NCBI RefSeq assembly: GCF_006345805.1
Contig: NC_042997.1
Span: forward strand, 93,000,001-93,064,000
Source: Octopus sinensis
Taxonomy: Eukaryota
Direction: 5' to 3'
DNA length: 64,000 bases
Below, piece by piece: positions 1-12,425 of the stretch. Made by a program: the position numbers and the translations under genes. The notes under the pieces were generated by a model, which was not told the DNA's origin, ran no database searches, and worked only from the letters and a program-made list of their open reading frames with translations. Position 1 is the first letter of the stretch. Each line of letters begins with the position of its first letter.

Positions 1-165
1 GTCGATTATATCGACCCCAGTGCGTAACTGGTACTTATTTAATCGACTCCGAAAGGATGAAAGGCAAAGTCGACCTCGGCGGAATTTGAACTCAGAATGT
101 AGCGGCAGACGAAATACCGCTAGGCATTTCGCCCGGCGTGCAAACGTTTCTGCCAGCTCGCCGCC
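1..165 (-). mobile_element. tRNA-derived SINE family B, partial copy
   Basis: Reverse complement of the recurring consensus ggcggcgagctggcagaaacgtt...gagttcaaattccgccgaggtcgactttgcctttcatcc (B-box-like GTTCAAATTCC). Confidence 0.8.
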
Positions 166-1415
166 TTCAGAATAACTCTAAACAATCACAAAAAATAAAC
201 CCCGTAATACAGCAAATTAGAAGTAAATCCTACATCTGTAAAAGACTTCACTTATCTCGGGAACATAGAGGTGCAACCTTTCTCTTTCAGAGGTCGTTAA
301 CACGCAATACTTTCGCTACTTCTATGAACAAAGACGTTGAAATTATCTATCAATATAAATGAGAACTTAAATAGCTTCCAGGAATAGAAAGGAGACGATC
401 GTTATTCATATCAAGGACATATTATTATATCGTATTTGCATTACACGAAAAAAACAATACACAATCAAAGTTTTTATTAATGCTTTCTCACGCCAAGCAA
501 ATAAACATAAAACCGTCGAAGATGTTTCTAATGACCAATGTTCTTGTTTTCAGGGTTTGAAATTTATCCAGCACTGGTCAGTTTCTGACACTTCACAAAG
601 CTGAAGTGCGGCTGGTACTGCTGATAAAATACACACACACACACACCCTCCTAAACTGCAGCAAGAATTAAATCCATTTGATGAACATAGATTCAGTAAC
701 CAAAATAGATGGCAACTGACAAACTCAGAATATTTGGCAGCTTTCATTGTGATTCTCGGCGCTCTGAGTTCAAATCTTATCGAGGTCAAGTTTGCCTTCC
801 AATCCATTAGGGTCGGTAAAGACAGTAACAATCTAGTACTATGATCGATTTCTCTGTTTGGCTGTCTGTCTGTCTGTCTCTCTTTCATCCATTTCCCTCT
901 TCTCTCTCTCTCGATTTCCCCCTCTCTCTCTCTCATTCTCTAGAAGAATATTTAAATGCTTCAGACTTCCATCGTAGGTACACGACGATGCCCCAAGACA
1001 GAGTAACTCATCTTGAACGCTATAAACACCCTTCTGCGTCCATTCTGCCTCTTCTATAAGTATTTCTCTGAATTTACAAGCTGAATACCACCGGCACCAT
1101 ATTCATCCGCTCCATCGTTTCTCCCCCTTTTTCGTCGTCATCTCTACGGCGTTTCAATCAATCCTAAAACCGGCGGCACTAAACACTCTACTCAAACATT
1201 GCTTTCTAGATCTTGAATGCTCTCTCCAGGCCCACGTTGCTCTTTGAAGACGTGAAATCAAACAACAATCCAACTCACCAACCTAAGTAAATAAATAAAA
1301 GAAATAAAAGAAAGGAAGAAAAAAGAAAGAAAGAAGGAAAGAAAGAGAGAAAGAAAGAAAGAAAAGGAAAGAAAGAAAACTTCTCGATTCAATTGTGCTT
1401 CAATTCCTCTTGTAG

Positions 1416-1463
1416 ATTTACCCTACAATAGAAGCTAACTGCACAGACCTGCTCTGCTTTCAG
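1416..1463 (+). other. Candidate isolated 48-nt internal exon (IYPTIEANCTDLLCFQ)
   Basis: Pyrimidine-rich acceptor ttcaattcctcttgtag, strong donor CAG|GTAAGC, only phase 0 is open; no partner exons identified. Confidence 0.25.
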
Positions 1464-1960
1464 GTAAGCCGTAGTAAGAGAAAAGAGAATGGAGATCAGA
1501 CAAGCTGTCAGTAATAAAATGCGCGCGGGCGCGTGTGTTTATGCGTGTGTTAAAAAAGTTAAGGCGAGGCACGAGGTCTCAATAGAAAGGAGAGGGGAGA
1601 TCAGGTAGGTTACATTAGCTGTGATTACTAACTAACTGTCCCAGTATAGCGTGGGTTACGAATAAAGAAGAAATACGTACCAAATCATGTATAAATACAT
1701 ATTTAGTGTCGCTGTGAAATTAAAGACTAATAAATGTTTTATGAAGCTCTATGGGTACGTGGTTGGTGGTGGCTATGCTAGTCTTAAAAAGCAAACAAAC
1801 CAGCAATGACGAGGGCAATGGCGATGATGACGTCAGTGACAATAACAACAAGACAACGTGGGCGCCTGCCTATAACGTGGTTCTTCGAAATGCTAGAAAC
1901 AACAGTCAAAATCATCCTCAAACTACATTCGGTCGTCTTAAAATCAAGATACATTGAACA

Positions 1961-2285
1961 GCGTGGCTGTGTGGTAAGTAGCTTGCTGCTTCCCAGCCAT
2001 TTGGTCTTACGTTCAATCTCACTACGCGGCACTTTAGACGAGTGTCTTCCGCTATAGTCCCTGGCCGACCAAAGCCGCGCGTGTGATTGTTCCCCACGAC
2101 CATTTGACAACTGGTGTTGGTTTGTTTGCATCTCTGTAACTTAGCCGTTTGTAAAAAAAAAAGAAGTCCGATAGAATAAATACCAGGCTTTAAAAGTAAG
2201 TATTGGGTCAATTTGTTTGATGAAATCCCTTAAGGCAGTTTCCTCAGCATGGCCGCAGTCAAAAGACTGAAACAAGTAAAAACTG
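1961..2285 (+). mobile_element. tRNA-derived SINE family A copy
   Basis: Head gtggctgtgtggtaagtagcttgc...gttcaatc, 3' end cagcatggccgcagtcaaa..actgaaacaagtaaaa shared with about 20 other copies in the window. Confidence 0.8.
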
Positions 2286-2372
2286 AAGAGATAAAAGAAT
2301 AGTAGAGACTCTGATACAGAAACTAGACGGAATAGTGACGTTGGAACGCCATGATTATTGTTCTCTCGGCTG

Positions 2373-3495
2373 AAGGCAGCGAGCCGGCAGAATCCTTAGC
2401 ACATCACAGAAAATGCTTAGTGGCATTTCGTCTGTCTTTACACCCTGAATCCAAATTCCGCCGAGCTCAACTTTGTTTTTTATCCTTTCGGAGTCGATAA
2501 AATAAGGACCATTTGCGCACTGGTGTTGGTGTGTTCGACCATTCCCCACCCCTCAAAATTTCAGACCTTGTGCCTATAGTAGAAAGCGTTATTAAGGTGA
2601 CAAGCTGGCAGAATCGTTAGCACACCAGGCGAAAAGCGTAGCAGTATTTCGTCCGTCTTTACGCGCTGAGTTCAAATTCCACCGAGTTCGATTTTGCCGT
2701 TCATCCTTTCGGGGGAGGGGGGATTCGATAAATTAAGTACCAGTTGAGTACTGGGATCGATGTAATCGACTATCCTCCTCCCTCAAATTTCAGGTCTTGT
2801 GCCTTTGTAGAAAGGATTATTATTAAGGCGGCGTGCTGGCAGAAACGTTAGCACGCCGGGTGAAATGCTTAGTGGTATTTCGTCTGCCGCTACGTTCTGA
2901 GTTCAAATTCCCCTTGTGGGCAGTAAAGAAATAGGTATTTCGACTGTCTTTACGTCCTGAGTTCGACTTTGCCTTTCATCCTTTCGGGGAGGATATATTA
3001 CGTATCAGTTGAATACTGGGGTAGATGTAATCGAATATCCCCTTCCTTACAAGTTCCAGGCCTTATGCCTATAGTAGAAAGGATTCCGGGCAAAATGCTT
3101 AGCTGTATTTCGTCTGTCTTCTCGTTCTGAGTTCAAATTCCGCCGAAGTCGACTTTGCCTTTCATCCTTTCGGTTGAACACAGAGGTCGATCTAATCGAT
3201 TTAGCCCCTTTCTTGCTGGCCTTGTGCCAAAATTTGAAATCATCATTCTTATTATTCTTATTCCTCTTATTATTATCGAGGTGGCGGACCGGCAGAATTG
3301 TTAGCACGCCGGACAAAATGCTTAGCGATATTTCGCCCGTCTTTACACTCCAAGTTAAAGCGCCGCTGAGGTCTCTACTTCGTCTTTCATCCTTTCTGGG
3401 TCGGTGAAATAAGTACCAGTCGATGCACTCGGCTGTTCCCCTTCCCCAAAATTTCAAGCCTTATGCCTACAGAAAGTGGAAAGGGTTATAATTCC
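2373..3495 (+). repeat. Head-to-tail array of 5-6 SINE family B copies
   Basis: Repeated aaggcggcgagctggcagaa heads near 2373, 2594, 2826, 3086 and 3278, each preceded by the tail ccttgtgcctatagtagaaagg(att)n of the previous copy. Confidence 0.8.
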
Positions 3496-3833
3496 CTGGT
3501 TTCATAAGTGACTTGGGGTTAAACATCAATAGCAATAACACGATAAAGAACTCAATTACAACAACAACAACAACGATACCAACTACACTGGTTTAAATTA
3601 TTGAAAGTCACGATCAGCACACTTCACACTTATCAAAATTACATGTTTAGATTTCATTGAAAATACTCGCCTCTTAACTTTTATTTCTATTGTTTTAGCT
3701 TCGCTACGTAATTTGTTATCGGATAGAAACATGTTGTCAGGAAACAGTAAACAGTTATGACGTCATTTCTCATCCCATGATTATTCTTCTACAAGGACAA
3801 TACTTTATTTATTCATATACTTTGTGAATTGTT

Positions 3834-3855
3834 CTATCTATCTACCTTTATATCT

Positions 3856-3892
<37 letters not shown>

Positions 3893-3958
3893 TCATATAT
3901 CTATCCATCCATCCATCTATCTATATATCTATCTATCTATCCATCCATCCATCCATCC

Positions 3959-4029
<71 letters not shown>

Positions 4030-4145
4030 GTATATCTATCTGTCTATCTATCTGCTTGTCTATCCGTCTGTCTGTCTATTTGTCTCGCTGTTTGTCTGTC
4101 TGTCTGGCTCCCTATCCATCCATCTGCCTATCTGTCTATTCTATC
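3834..4145. repeat. (TCTA)n/(TCCA)n/(TCTG)n compound tetranucleotide microsatellite
   Basis: Directly visible tandem repeats. Confidence 0.95.
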
Positions 4146-4294
4146 TAGCGACCTATTGATTGATCAATCGATTCATCCATCTATTAGTAAAATTGATCAG
4201 TATGTGTGTATGCATGTATTTATATTATATTTTTAAGTTTTTGTACTCAGTGATTCCGCGAACAAACTCGCAGTCGATTTCACTCACTCACTCA

Positions 4295-4364
<70 letters not shown>

Positions 4365-4784
4365 GCGTATTTGCTTGTTTAACTGTTTATCTTATCTTAA
4401 ATAAAAACAAACAAACAAACAAACCAACTAAACAAATGTAAGATTGTTTTGATAAACAATAAGGTTTCCAAAGAAACTGGATTTGAAGTGAATGTTTAAT
4501 AAATGCGAACTATTATATCAGCTATCTTATACACGCATCGCCTAGAAAATCACAAGATACGTGTCCCATCTTGCGTCGTTTTAAATAAACATTTGTTTCC
4601 ATTAGTAGCATATGATTTTAAAAGTGTCCACGAATAAATTAGCTCATTATTTTGCAACTCTGTTATTGTGTTGAGCGATAATGTTTGTAAACAATTTTAA
4701 ACGTGGCTGGTATAAAACATCTGATCGAGAGATAAAGCTTCTAACGCACTGAGCAGCAATTTAGTTTCAGATCTTGGATCTTTT

Positions 4785-5143
4785 ACTTCAGTCATGCTGG
4801 AGCACCACCTTGAAGGGTTTTAGTCGAACAAATTAACCACAGGACTTCGTTATTTTTTTTTTGCTTTTTTTTAAAGACTAGTACTTACTATATCGGAGTC
4901 TTTTGCCGAACTTCTAAGTTACAGGGCCGTAAACATACCATCACCAATTGTCAAGCAGTGATGGGGGGGGGGGGAATTAAACAACCTCCCACAGATATAT
5001 ATCCATATATATACGATGGGCTTCTTACAGTTTCCATTTGCAAAATCCACTCACAGTCGCCCAAGGTGCCACGCAGTGGGACTGAACCCAGAACTATGTG
5101 ATTGGGAAGCAAATTTCTTACCGCACAGCCACACCTGCGCCTA
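4785..5143 (-). mobile_element. SINE family A copy
   Basis: Reverse complement of the family A consensus, ends in acacctgcgcc (head ggcgcaggtgt). Confidence 0.75.
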
Positions 5144-5380
5144 TTTTATTTATCAATTTATTTATTTATTTATTTATTTCAATTAGATAAAACAATGCAC
5201 CAGTCAAACATTTAGATGCATTTATATTCCTATTATGTATTCTTAGTGTCAGGCGGCGAGCTGGCAGAATCGTTCGCAACCCGGACAAAATTGCTTAGCG
5301 ATATTTCGTACGTCTTTTCGTTCTGAATTCAAATTACGTCAATGTCGACTTTGACTTTTGTTCTTTCGATAAAATAAGTA

Positions 5381-5542
5381 GGCGTAGGAGTGGCGGTGTG
5401 GTAAGTAGCTTGCTTACGAACCACATGGTTCGGGGTTCAGTCCCACTTTGTGGCACCTTGGGCAAGTGTCTTCTACTATAGCCTCGGGCCGACCAAAGCC
5501 TTGTGAGTGGATTTGGTGGACGGAAACTGAAAGAAACCTGTC

Positions 5543-5596
<54 letters not shown>

Positions 5597-5800
5597 TGTT
5601 TGTGTGTCTGTGTTTGTCCCCCAACATCGCTTGACAACCGATGCTGGTGTGTTTAACGTCCCCGCCACTTAGCAGTTCGGCCTAAGAGACCGATAGAACA
5701 AGTAGTAGGCTTACAAAGAATAAGTCCTGGGGTCGATTTCTTCGACTAAAGGCGGTGCTCCAGCATGGCCGCAGTCAAATGACTGAAACAAGTAACAGAG
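5381..5800 (+). mobile_element. Full-length SINE family A copy with internal (TA)n(TG)n
   Basis: ggcgtaggagtggcggtgtggtaag head, gttcagtccc B-box-like motif, central microsatellite, actgaaacaagtaa tail. Confidence 0.85.
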
Positions 5801-6063
5801 TAAAGAGAGTATCAACAGAACACTGGGTCGATGTTGTTGACTTACTCTGTTCCTCAAAATTGCAGGCCTTGTATCTATAGCAGAATGGATTATGATTTTA
5901 AATTTAGGTGTACACTTTGTAGTATGCCGTTTAAAGCCTGTTCACTGTATTCGGCTACCTGATGCTATCAACAGTACGAATTTAAATACCACTGGATTTA
6001 CTTCGTATCCGTGAGAAAGAGAAAGCATATAAAATTCACGGGAATTTTTTTTTTATTAAACAC

Positions 6064-6225
6064 TACGATCGGAGATTAAAGAATGGAGACCTTTTGACAA
6101 GTCACCTGACGAGGCACATCTGCACCGAATGATGCACCACAACAGTTTGTATAGTATCTCACCCGCGATGGACCGATGCACGATGGGTCGAAACGATTAT
6201 AGTGATTAATAAAGAATCTCTTTCT
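6064..6225 (+). mobile_element. Penelope-like 3'/pseudo-LTR relic with two decayed hammerhead-like motifs
   Basis: tcac-CTGACGA-gg..cc-GAA at 6102-6129; tcac..gacc/ggtc-GAAAC-gatt-ata-gtga at 6159-6205; the same end recurs at 9276-9300. Confidence 0.45.
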
Positions 6226-7309
6226 CTCATATGTAGAAAAGGTTACGTATCCTTGGCGTGAATGGAATTTATTTTTTAAAATACTTATGGGAAATACTTG
6301 AATGACATTTAAAAACATAGAGCCTCTATGTCTTTTAAAAGATGTTTTATTTTATACATATATAGTCATTAAGAATCCATTAAATTAGACTCGACAAGCG
6401 GAGATCTAGTTTCGATTCCTTGTTGGAACCTCATCATATCACTGACACCGGTTATGCCATTGGCAGAAATGATCTACGTCACTTAAAATTTGATCTTATG
6501 TTGTAAAAATAGTTTTGTATGTGACTACATTTTTATTTTGCTCTGGCGTGGCTGAGTGGTTAAGAGGTCTAATCCAGCTACGTGATATTTTGAGCAAGTA
6601 TCTTCTTAATTAGCCTTGAGCTGACTAATGCAATTGATATCTAATTAAACAGAAACTGTGAGGAAACCCATCGGTAAGACGGTTCCTGAGGCAATGTGTC
6701 GGTATTAGTACATGACGTCAGTCATGAGTTAGTGTATGTGTGCAAGTGTGTGTTTGACTGATCATTTCTGCTGAGCAAACGCAAGTCAATGTTCCACAAT
6801 CAATCATGACGTCATAGACTTTTACCGAAAGATTACCCAGTTCCTGTTCTAGGGTGGTAGATTAATTCGTCGCACTGTTTAATACCACACCACCTTGATG
6901 TTTAGATTAATATAATACTTTCCACTCTATTGCAAGCAAACGGAACAGGTTTCCCGTTTGAGGTTAACCTCATATTTCAACTCCCATCCTCCCTTTCCTG
7001 ATTAAGCTAAAAAAAAAAACCCAGTTGAGAGATTGAGATGGTTCCTACCATAGTTACTGGAGAGGTAATCTCAAGCTTGCTCACTATTGCTTAGCCTCAT
7101 TTAAACGCTGACCAGTCTTAGTTTTCATCTTCTAGTATAACCCCTTTCGCCTCAATGATATGTCACAGGAATATGAAATGAACCTTAGTACTTATATGCT
7201 ATTTTATTTCATTTCACCGACACAAGAATAAAAGCCTAATTTATTGTTGGCGAGATTTTAACTCAGAGCGTTACTAAATCCTGCTGGCATTTTATCAGAA
7301 GTTCTAATG

Positions 7310-7463
7310 CAGTCATGGGCAAACTGCGATACGCGGAACTTTTTGAATGGTACGCCTAACGAAAAATTAACTTGAATTTTTTTTTTGTTATAGTAGTGCG
7401 GCCCGCTTGATGATGAACCATGTCTCATGCGGCCTGCTTCTCGAAATAAGTTGCTTATGTCTG
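7310..7463. mobile_element. hAT-like MITE relic
   Basis: Imperfect TIRs cagtcatgggcaaact / agttgcttatgtctg and internal tgcggcccgc motifs; no clean TSD. Confidence 0.4.
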
Positions 7464-8279
7464 CTCTCACAATTCCACTATTCCAATTGCCTGAACAGAC
7501 CTATGATAATTAAGGTTCCAGTTGTAACCTGTCTCTTTATTCAAATGCAGTGTATCTAGTACCACATTATCCAGTGTAACCTTCCATTTTTTTTTAAGAT
7601 GGTCGTGTGAGATTTGAGGGAGATTGGCAGCTATTTCTAGCAAGTCGAATGCCTACGTAGAGGATCTCTCACTGGCCCACGTACGTCAAATAATCAGTAT
7701 AGAGATTCCTAACTTAGGAACAATGTCAACAATTCTGAGAAAAAGATTATTGTTGATATGTAACTGTGCATGTTAATAGATAACTGTGCATGTTTTATCA
7801 GCCGCTGAGAGATAACGAGGAAATTCAATTCCGTTGACATTTAACAGTCTTGTGGTATTATGCCACTAACTAACTTATATATATATATAATGGATTCAAA
7901 TTATGCCACAAGGCCAGCAAGTTCTATTACATCGACCCCAGTGCTTATCTGGTACTTATTTTATCGAGCCTGAAAGGGATAAAAGGCAAAGTCGACCTCG
8001 GCGGAATTTGAACTCAGAACTTAAAGATGGACTATCGACTCGGCCAGCTAACCGTCTTAACTTATAGATATATAATGTTGATTTAGTAATTTAGTCTGGG
8101 GCTCGGCAAATCTACGACACGAATCTTCATTTCGTTCGGTTCGTCAACTTTGAATTATTGACATTACATACAAAATTTTTTAATTTTCTTTATCCACCTT
8201 TGGGGATATCGAACAATAAAATTTTATTTGAAAAATTAGACCAATAATTATTATCAAATAAAGCAATGTTTTATATTCT

Positions 8280-8469
8280 TTTACTCGTTTCAGTCGTTCG
8301 AATGCGGCCAAACTTGGACACCGTCTTGAAGAATTTTAGTCGAATGAATCGACCTCAGAACTTTTTAATATTTACTTTTAAAGCCTGGTACTTATACTAT
8401 CGATCTTTTTTGTCGAACTGCTATATTACGGGGACATAAACACACACACACACACACACACACATACGC

Positions 8470-8525
<56 letters not shown>

Positions 8526-8690
8526 CGACGGGCTTCTTTCAGTTTCCGTCTCCAGATTCACCCAGAAGGCTTTGGCCGGCCCGAGGCTATAACAGAAGAC
8601 ACTTGCTTAAGATGCCACACAGTAAGACTGAACCCAGAAATATGTGGTTGAGAAACAAGCTTCTTACCACACAACCACACCTGCGTATAA
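8280..8690 (-). mobile_element. SINE family A copy
   Basis: Reverse-complement family A consensus with internal (CA)n(TA)n. Confidence 0.75.
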
Positions 8691-9348
8691 ACGAAAATTA
8701 ACAATAAATAAAATAAAATAAAGTAAAACTGAGATTCCCTCTTTTGATTGTTAAAAAAAAAAAAGAGAGTTTCTCACAGGAGCGATATTCTAAGCAGTAG
8801 ATGTTTACATCCTCCAAAATGAACGCAGCAACAAAGACAAACAGCGTTTTATACGTTTCCCCATTACAGTTCACATTACAATAGTTGGAGTGTGTGCCGC
8901 CCGGAACAGCCCTTGCGTCTCCATCGCTCCTTCGTGCCTCTACAAGCTAATACAGAAGTTCTCAACCGGGGTCCATGTGGCTCCTAAAGGTCAATATAAG
9001 ATTTGAGGGTTGGGGACATACACGCAATAAAACAGTAAATTCTGGATCCACAATTGTATTTGAAGAGCTTTTGAAAAAAAAATTGTTTTAAATGTATGTA
9101 TTGGTTAAGTACTGATAAAAATTAAAAAAACTTAAAGCAGCTAGATTTTTTTTCTCTAACATTTTACATAGTCCAACCTACACAAGTTAACGTGTGAAAA
9201 CAAAATAGGAACTTGGAAGAAGCATCTATAAAGCTAGTGTTTAAACAGCGTTCGTCGTGTATTTAGTTAATGCTAGATGGGTCGAAACAATTGTAGTGAT
9301 TCATAAAAATTCGCATAACTTCCATCTCTCTCATTAACTATATATATA

Positions 9349-9415
<67 letters not shown>

Positions 9416-9432
9416 AAAGTGTACGTACGCCG

Positions 9433-9477
<45 letters not shown>

Positions 9478-9639
9478 ACGCTCTGAGTTCAAATTCCGCC
9501 GAGGTCGACTTTGCCTTTCATCCTTTCGGGGTCGATAAATTAAGTACCAGTTACGCACTGGGGTCGATATAATCGACTTAATCCCTTTGTCTGTCCTTGT
9601 TTGTCCCTTCTGTGTCTAGCCCTTTGTGGGTTGTAAAGA

Positions 9640-9673
<34 letters not shown>

Positions 9674-9867
9674 GCACAAAATGGGACAGGAACGTAAAAC
9701 ATTAGGACAGTGAGGTGATACAAAAATGGGACAGCAAAACATCCAGATAGACGATACAAAGAAAACAAGGACCGGACATTCGAAGTTTTCCACCTAACTG
9801 TCGGGATGTTTTACGTTCTTGCCTCATTTTGTATTATATATATATATAATATATATATATATATATA

Positions 9868-10255
9868 GGCGTAGGAGTGGCTGTGTGGTGAGTAGCTTGT
9901 TTACCAACCACATGGCTCCGGTTCCCACTTTGGGCAAGTGTCTTCTACTCTAGCCTCGGGTCGACCAAAACTTTGTGAGTGGATTTGGTTGACGGAAACT
10001 GAAAGAAGCCCGACGTATATATGTATACATATATCTGTGTGTGTATGGTTGTGTATCTGTGTTTGTCCCCTCAACATTGCTTGACAACCGATGCTGGTGT
10101 GTTTACGTCACCGTAACTTAGCGGCTCGGCAAAAGAGAACGATAGAATAAGTACTAGGCTTACAAAGGATATGTCTTGGGGTCGATGTGCTCGACTAAAG
10201 GTGGCGCTCCAGCATGGCCACAGTCAAATGACCGAAACAAGTAAAAGAGTAAAGA
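9868..10255 (+). mobile_element. SINE family A copy
   Basis: ggcgtaggagtggctgtgtgg head to gaccgaaacaagtaaaagag tail. Confidence 0.8.
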
Positions 10256-11737
10256 AAGAGTATACATACACGACGAACTTCTTTCCGTTTCCATCTACCA
10301 AATCCACGCACAAAGATTTGGTCGGCCCGAGGCTATAGTAGAAGTTACTTGTCCAAGGTTCCGTGCAATGGGACGGAACCATGTAATTGAGATTCTTTCA
10401 TTACTACAGATGATGTTAAAAAAATGAAAAAAAAAAACTTGCATGGGTATTTTATTTTCTCTTTTGGTCGGAACTGAATCCAGTGCCCATGACTCTTTGC
10501 AAGGCCTCCAAAACTGGTTGGAAGGAGGGAAGAAAGTATCCTCACTCCTGACAAGCGCTCTGAATGCTTGCAACAGAATGGACTCTGCTTAACTCTTTAG
10601 CATTTAAACCAATTGTATCAGACCCAAGTATTCTACCTACTGGATGTTCAAACCGGCCAGATTCAGCCTTTCACACGCAAGTTTAATTCAAAACAGCGTG
10701 AATAAATTAGTATTACATTTGATAGAGAAATATGAATGCCAACGGGTTAAAACATCCAAGTGACGCTAGTGAAGTGAGTGACAGATTCATATAGTGTCCG
10801 AGTAGGTCATGGTGGGATTCGAACCCAGAACGCAAAGAGTCTGAATAAATACACAAAGGCGTCCGGTCAAATATTTTTACAGTCTAGTTAATCTATCACC
10901 ACCACCACCTAGAGTGGTCCTTTTTTTATTAATCTCGAAAGGATGAAGGGCTATGTTAACCAACATAATTTCACTTTTTATTCCTATAAGACATAAAGAC
11001 ATTTTCAATCCGACTTGTCTTGAAAGCTTGCAATTTGACTTAAATCATTGTCTAAGGTATTTTACCTAGCTAATTATCTCTGAGGATTTATCCATCGCAT
11101 CAGACCAGAAAATATTCCATCTCCCTCCAGCAATTGTTAACACTTTACAAGCTTCAGATTAGATGCACTGAGAACTACACCTGCATCTGGTGCGGCCATG
11201 CTGCTACAAACAGACACCCAAGAGAGCATCCCGCCAAATGTCACCTGAATGATTGGTATAAAATCACTTATTTACCATCGCATCCATCCTCAGGCACACT
11301 TTCTCAGGTACTCCCGACTCACAAATTTCACCTTATCTCGTGTCCCCTCTGCCTAAGTTTGTACTAACCACTACAGCCATTGTTTTCAGACCGTCGATCA
11401 TCCGGGATTCCTTCCCTGCGCATGTTTTTCTTGCAGTGGTCGACTTGCAACTCAAGAGAAACATTAATCGTATTGATCTCATTGTTTATGGAGAATTTGC
11501 GAAGGTCATGAACAGTACCACCGAGAGAAACAGTGCAAAGTGGAACAAGACTATCCTAGGGCTGAGGGTGGGATTCCGCTCAGAATTGAAGGGAATCTCT
11601 GTGTTTTTACTTTCAAGTAGGGGCTTGTCACATAGTCGCTCTCCAGTTCCCGGAACAACGTAAGAGCTAAACCTACCTCTTAAAAGTCCTGGTCACGGGG
11701 GCAGTGACTTCCTCCAGACGAAACTAATTAAGAAAAT

Positions 11738-11960
11738 ATGTTTATCAAGTTTAACTGATATCAATCTATCAACATCAGTCAACGATATTTAACGACATCG
11801 TTACTATCAGTTTATCAGCATCAGTAATAGTTGCTTATAACGCTGGTTATAACTGATTATGATAATGTTTTATAAAATCGTTTATATATGTTTGTCAGCG
11901 TCACTAATATCTGTTTACCATCAGAACAGATATCTGTTTATCGATGTAGTTGCATTATGT
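11738..11960. repeat. Degenerate minisatellite with ~20-nt units around (atc)TGTTTATCAAC(atc)
   Basis: Recurrent tgtttatca/ctgtttacc/ctgtttatcg cores; a related longer array lies at 15050-15410. Confidence 0.55.
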
Positions 11961-12064
11961 TTAACATATTAAATAATTCATGAGAGGAATGATAATCTCC
12001 AACGAAGTTTATTTATAACACAAGACATTTTTAATACACATAATGTTCGATTTTGTTTATATGC

Positions 12065-12425
12065 TTAGGTGCTGGCATGAGTGTGTGGTAAGAAGCTTGC
12101 TTCCCAACCACATGGTTACGGGTTCAATCCCACTGCGTGTCACCTTGGGCAAGTGTCTTCTGCTATAGCCTCGGATTGACCAAAGTCTTGTGAGTGGATT
12201 TGGTAGACTGAAATGAAAGAAGTTCATCACACACGTGTGTATGTGTGTCCACCTCCACCGCTTGACAACTAGTGCTGGTGTGTTTACGTCCCCATAATTT
12301 AACGGTTCGGCAAAAGAGATTGATGGAATAAGTACCAAGCTTAAAAGAAGTAAGTATTTGGGTCAATTCGTTCGACTTAAAATTCTTCATGGCCACGGAC
12401 TAATGACTGAAACAAGTAAAAGATA
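12065..12425 (+). mobile_element. SINE family A copy
   Basis: Consensus head and tail present. Confidence 0.75.

Noticed and set aside
3824-4441. Long ORFs of YLSI/IY/HT/CV type here and throughout (e.g. 27192-27767, 29362-29856, 39642-41149, 59148-60525)
   Set aside because: They are translations of tetra- and dinucleotide microsatellites and SINEs, not genes
8870-8950. Minus-strand frame AMETQGLFRAA resembling RhoGAP EGLFR
   Set aside because: Only a few residues match, the donor is weak and no further domain exons were found
11170-11250. CxxC...HxxxH pattern (YTCIWCGHAATNRHPREH)
   Set aside because: C-to-H spacing is 7 rather than 12 and there are no neighbouring fingers; not a C2H2 zinc finger
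11290-11730. GC-balanced retroelement-UTR-like block (similar block at about 52430-52870) examined for an HDV-like ribozyme
   Set aside because: Could not build the nested double pseudoknot by eye; left unassigned pending an RNAMotif scan
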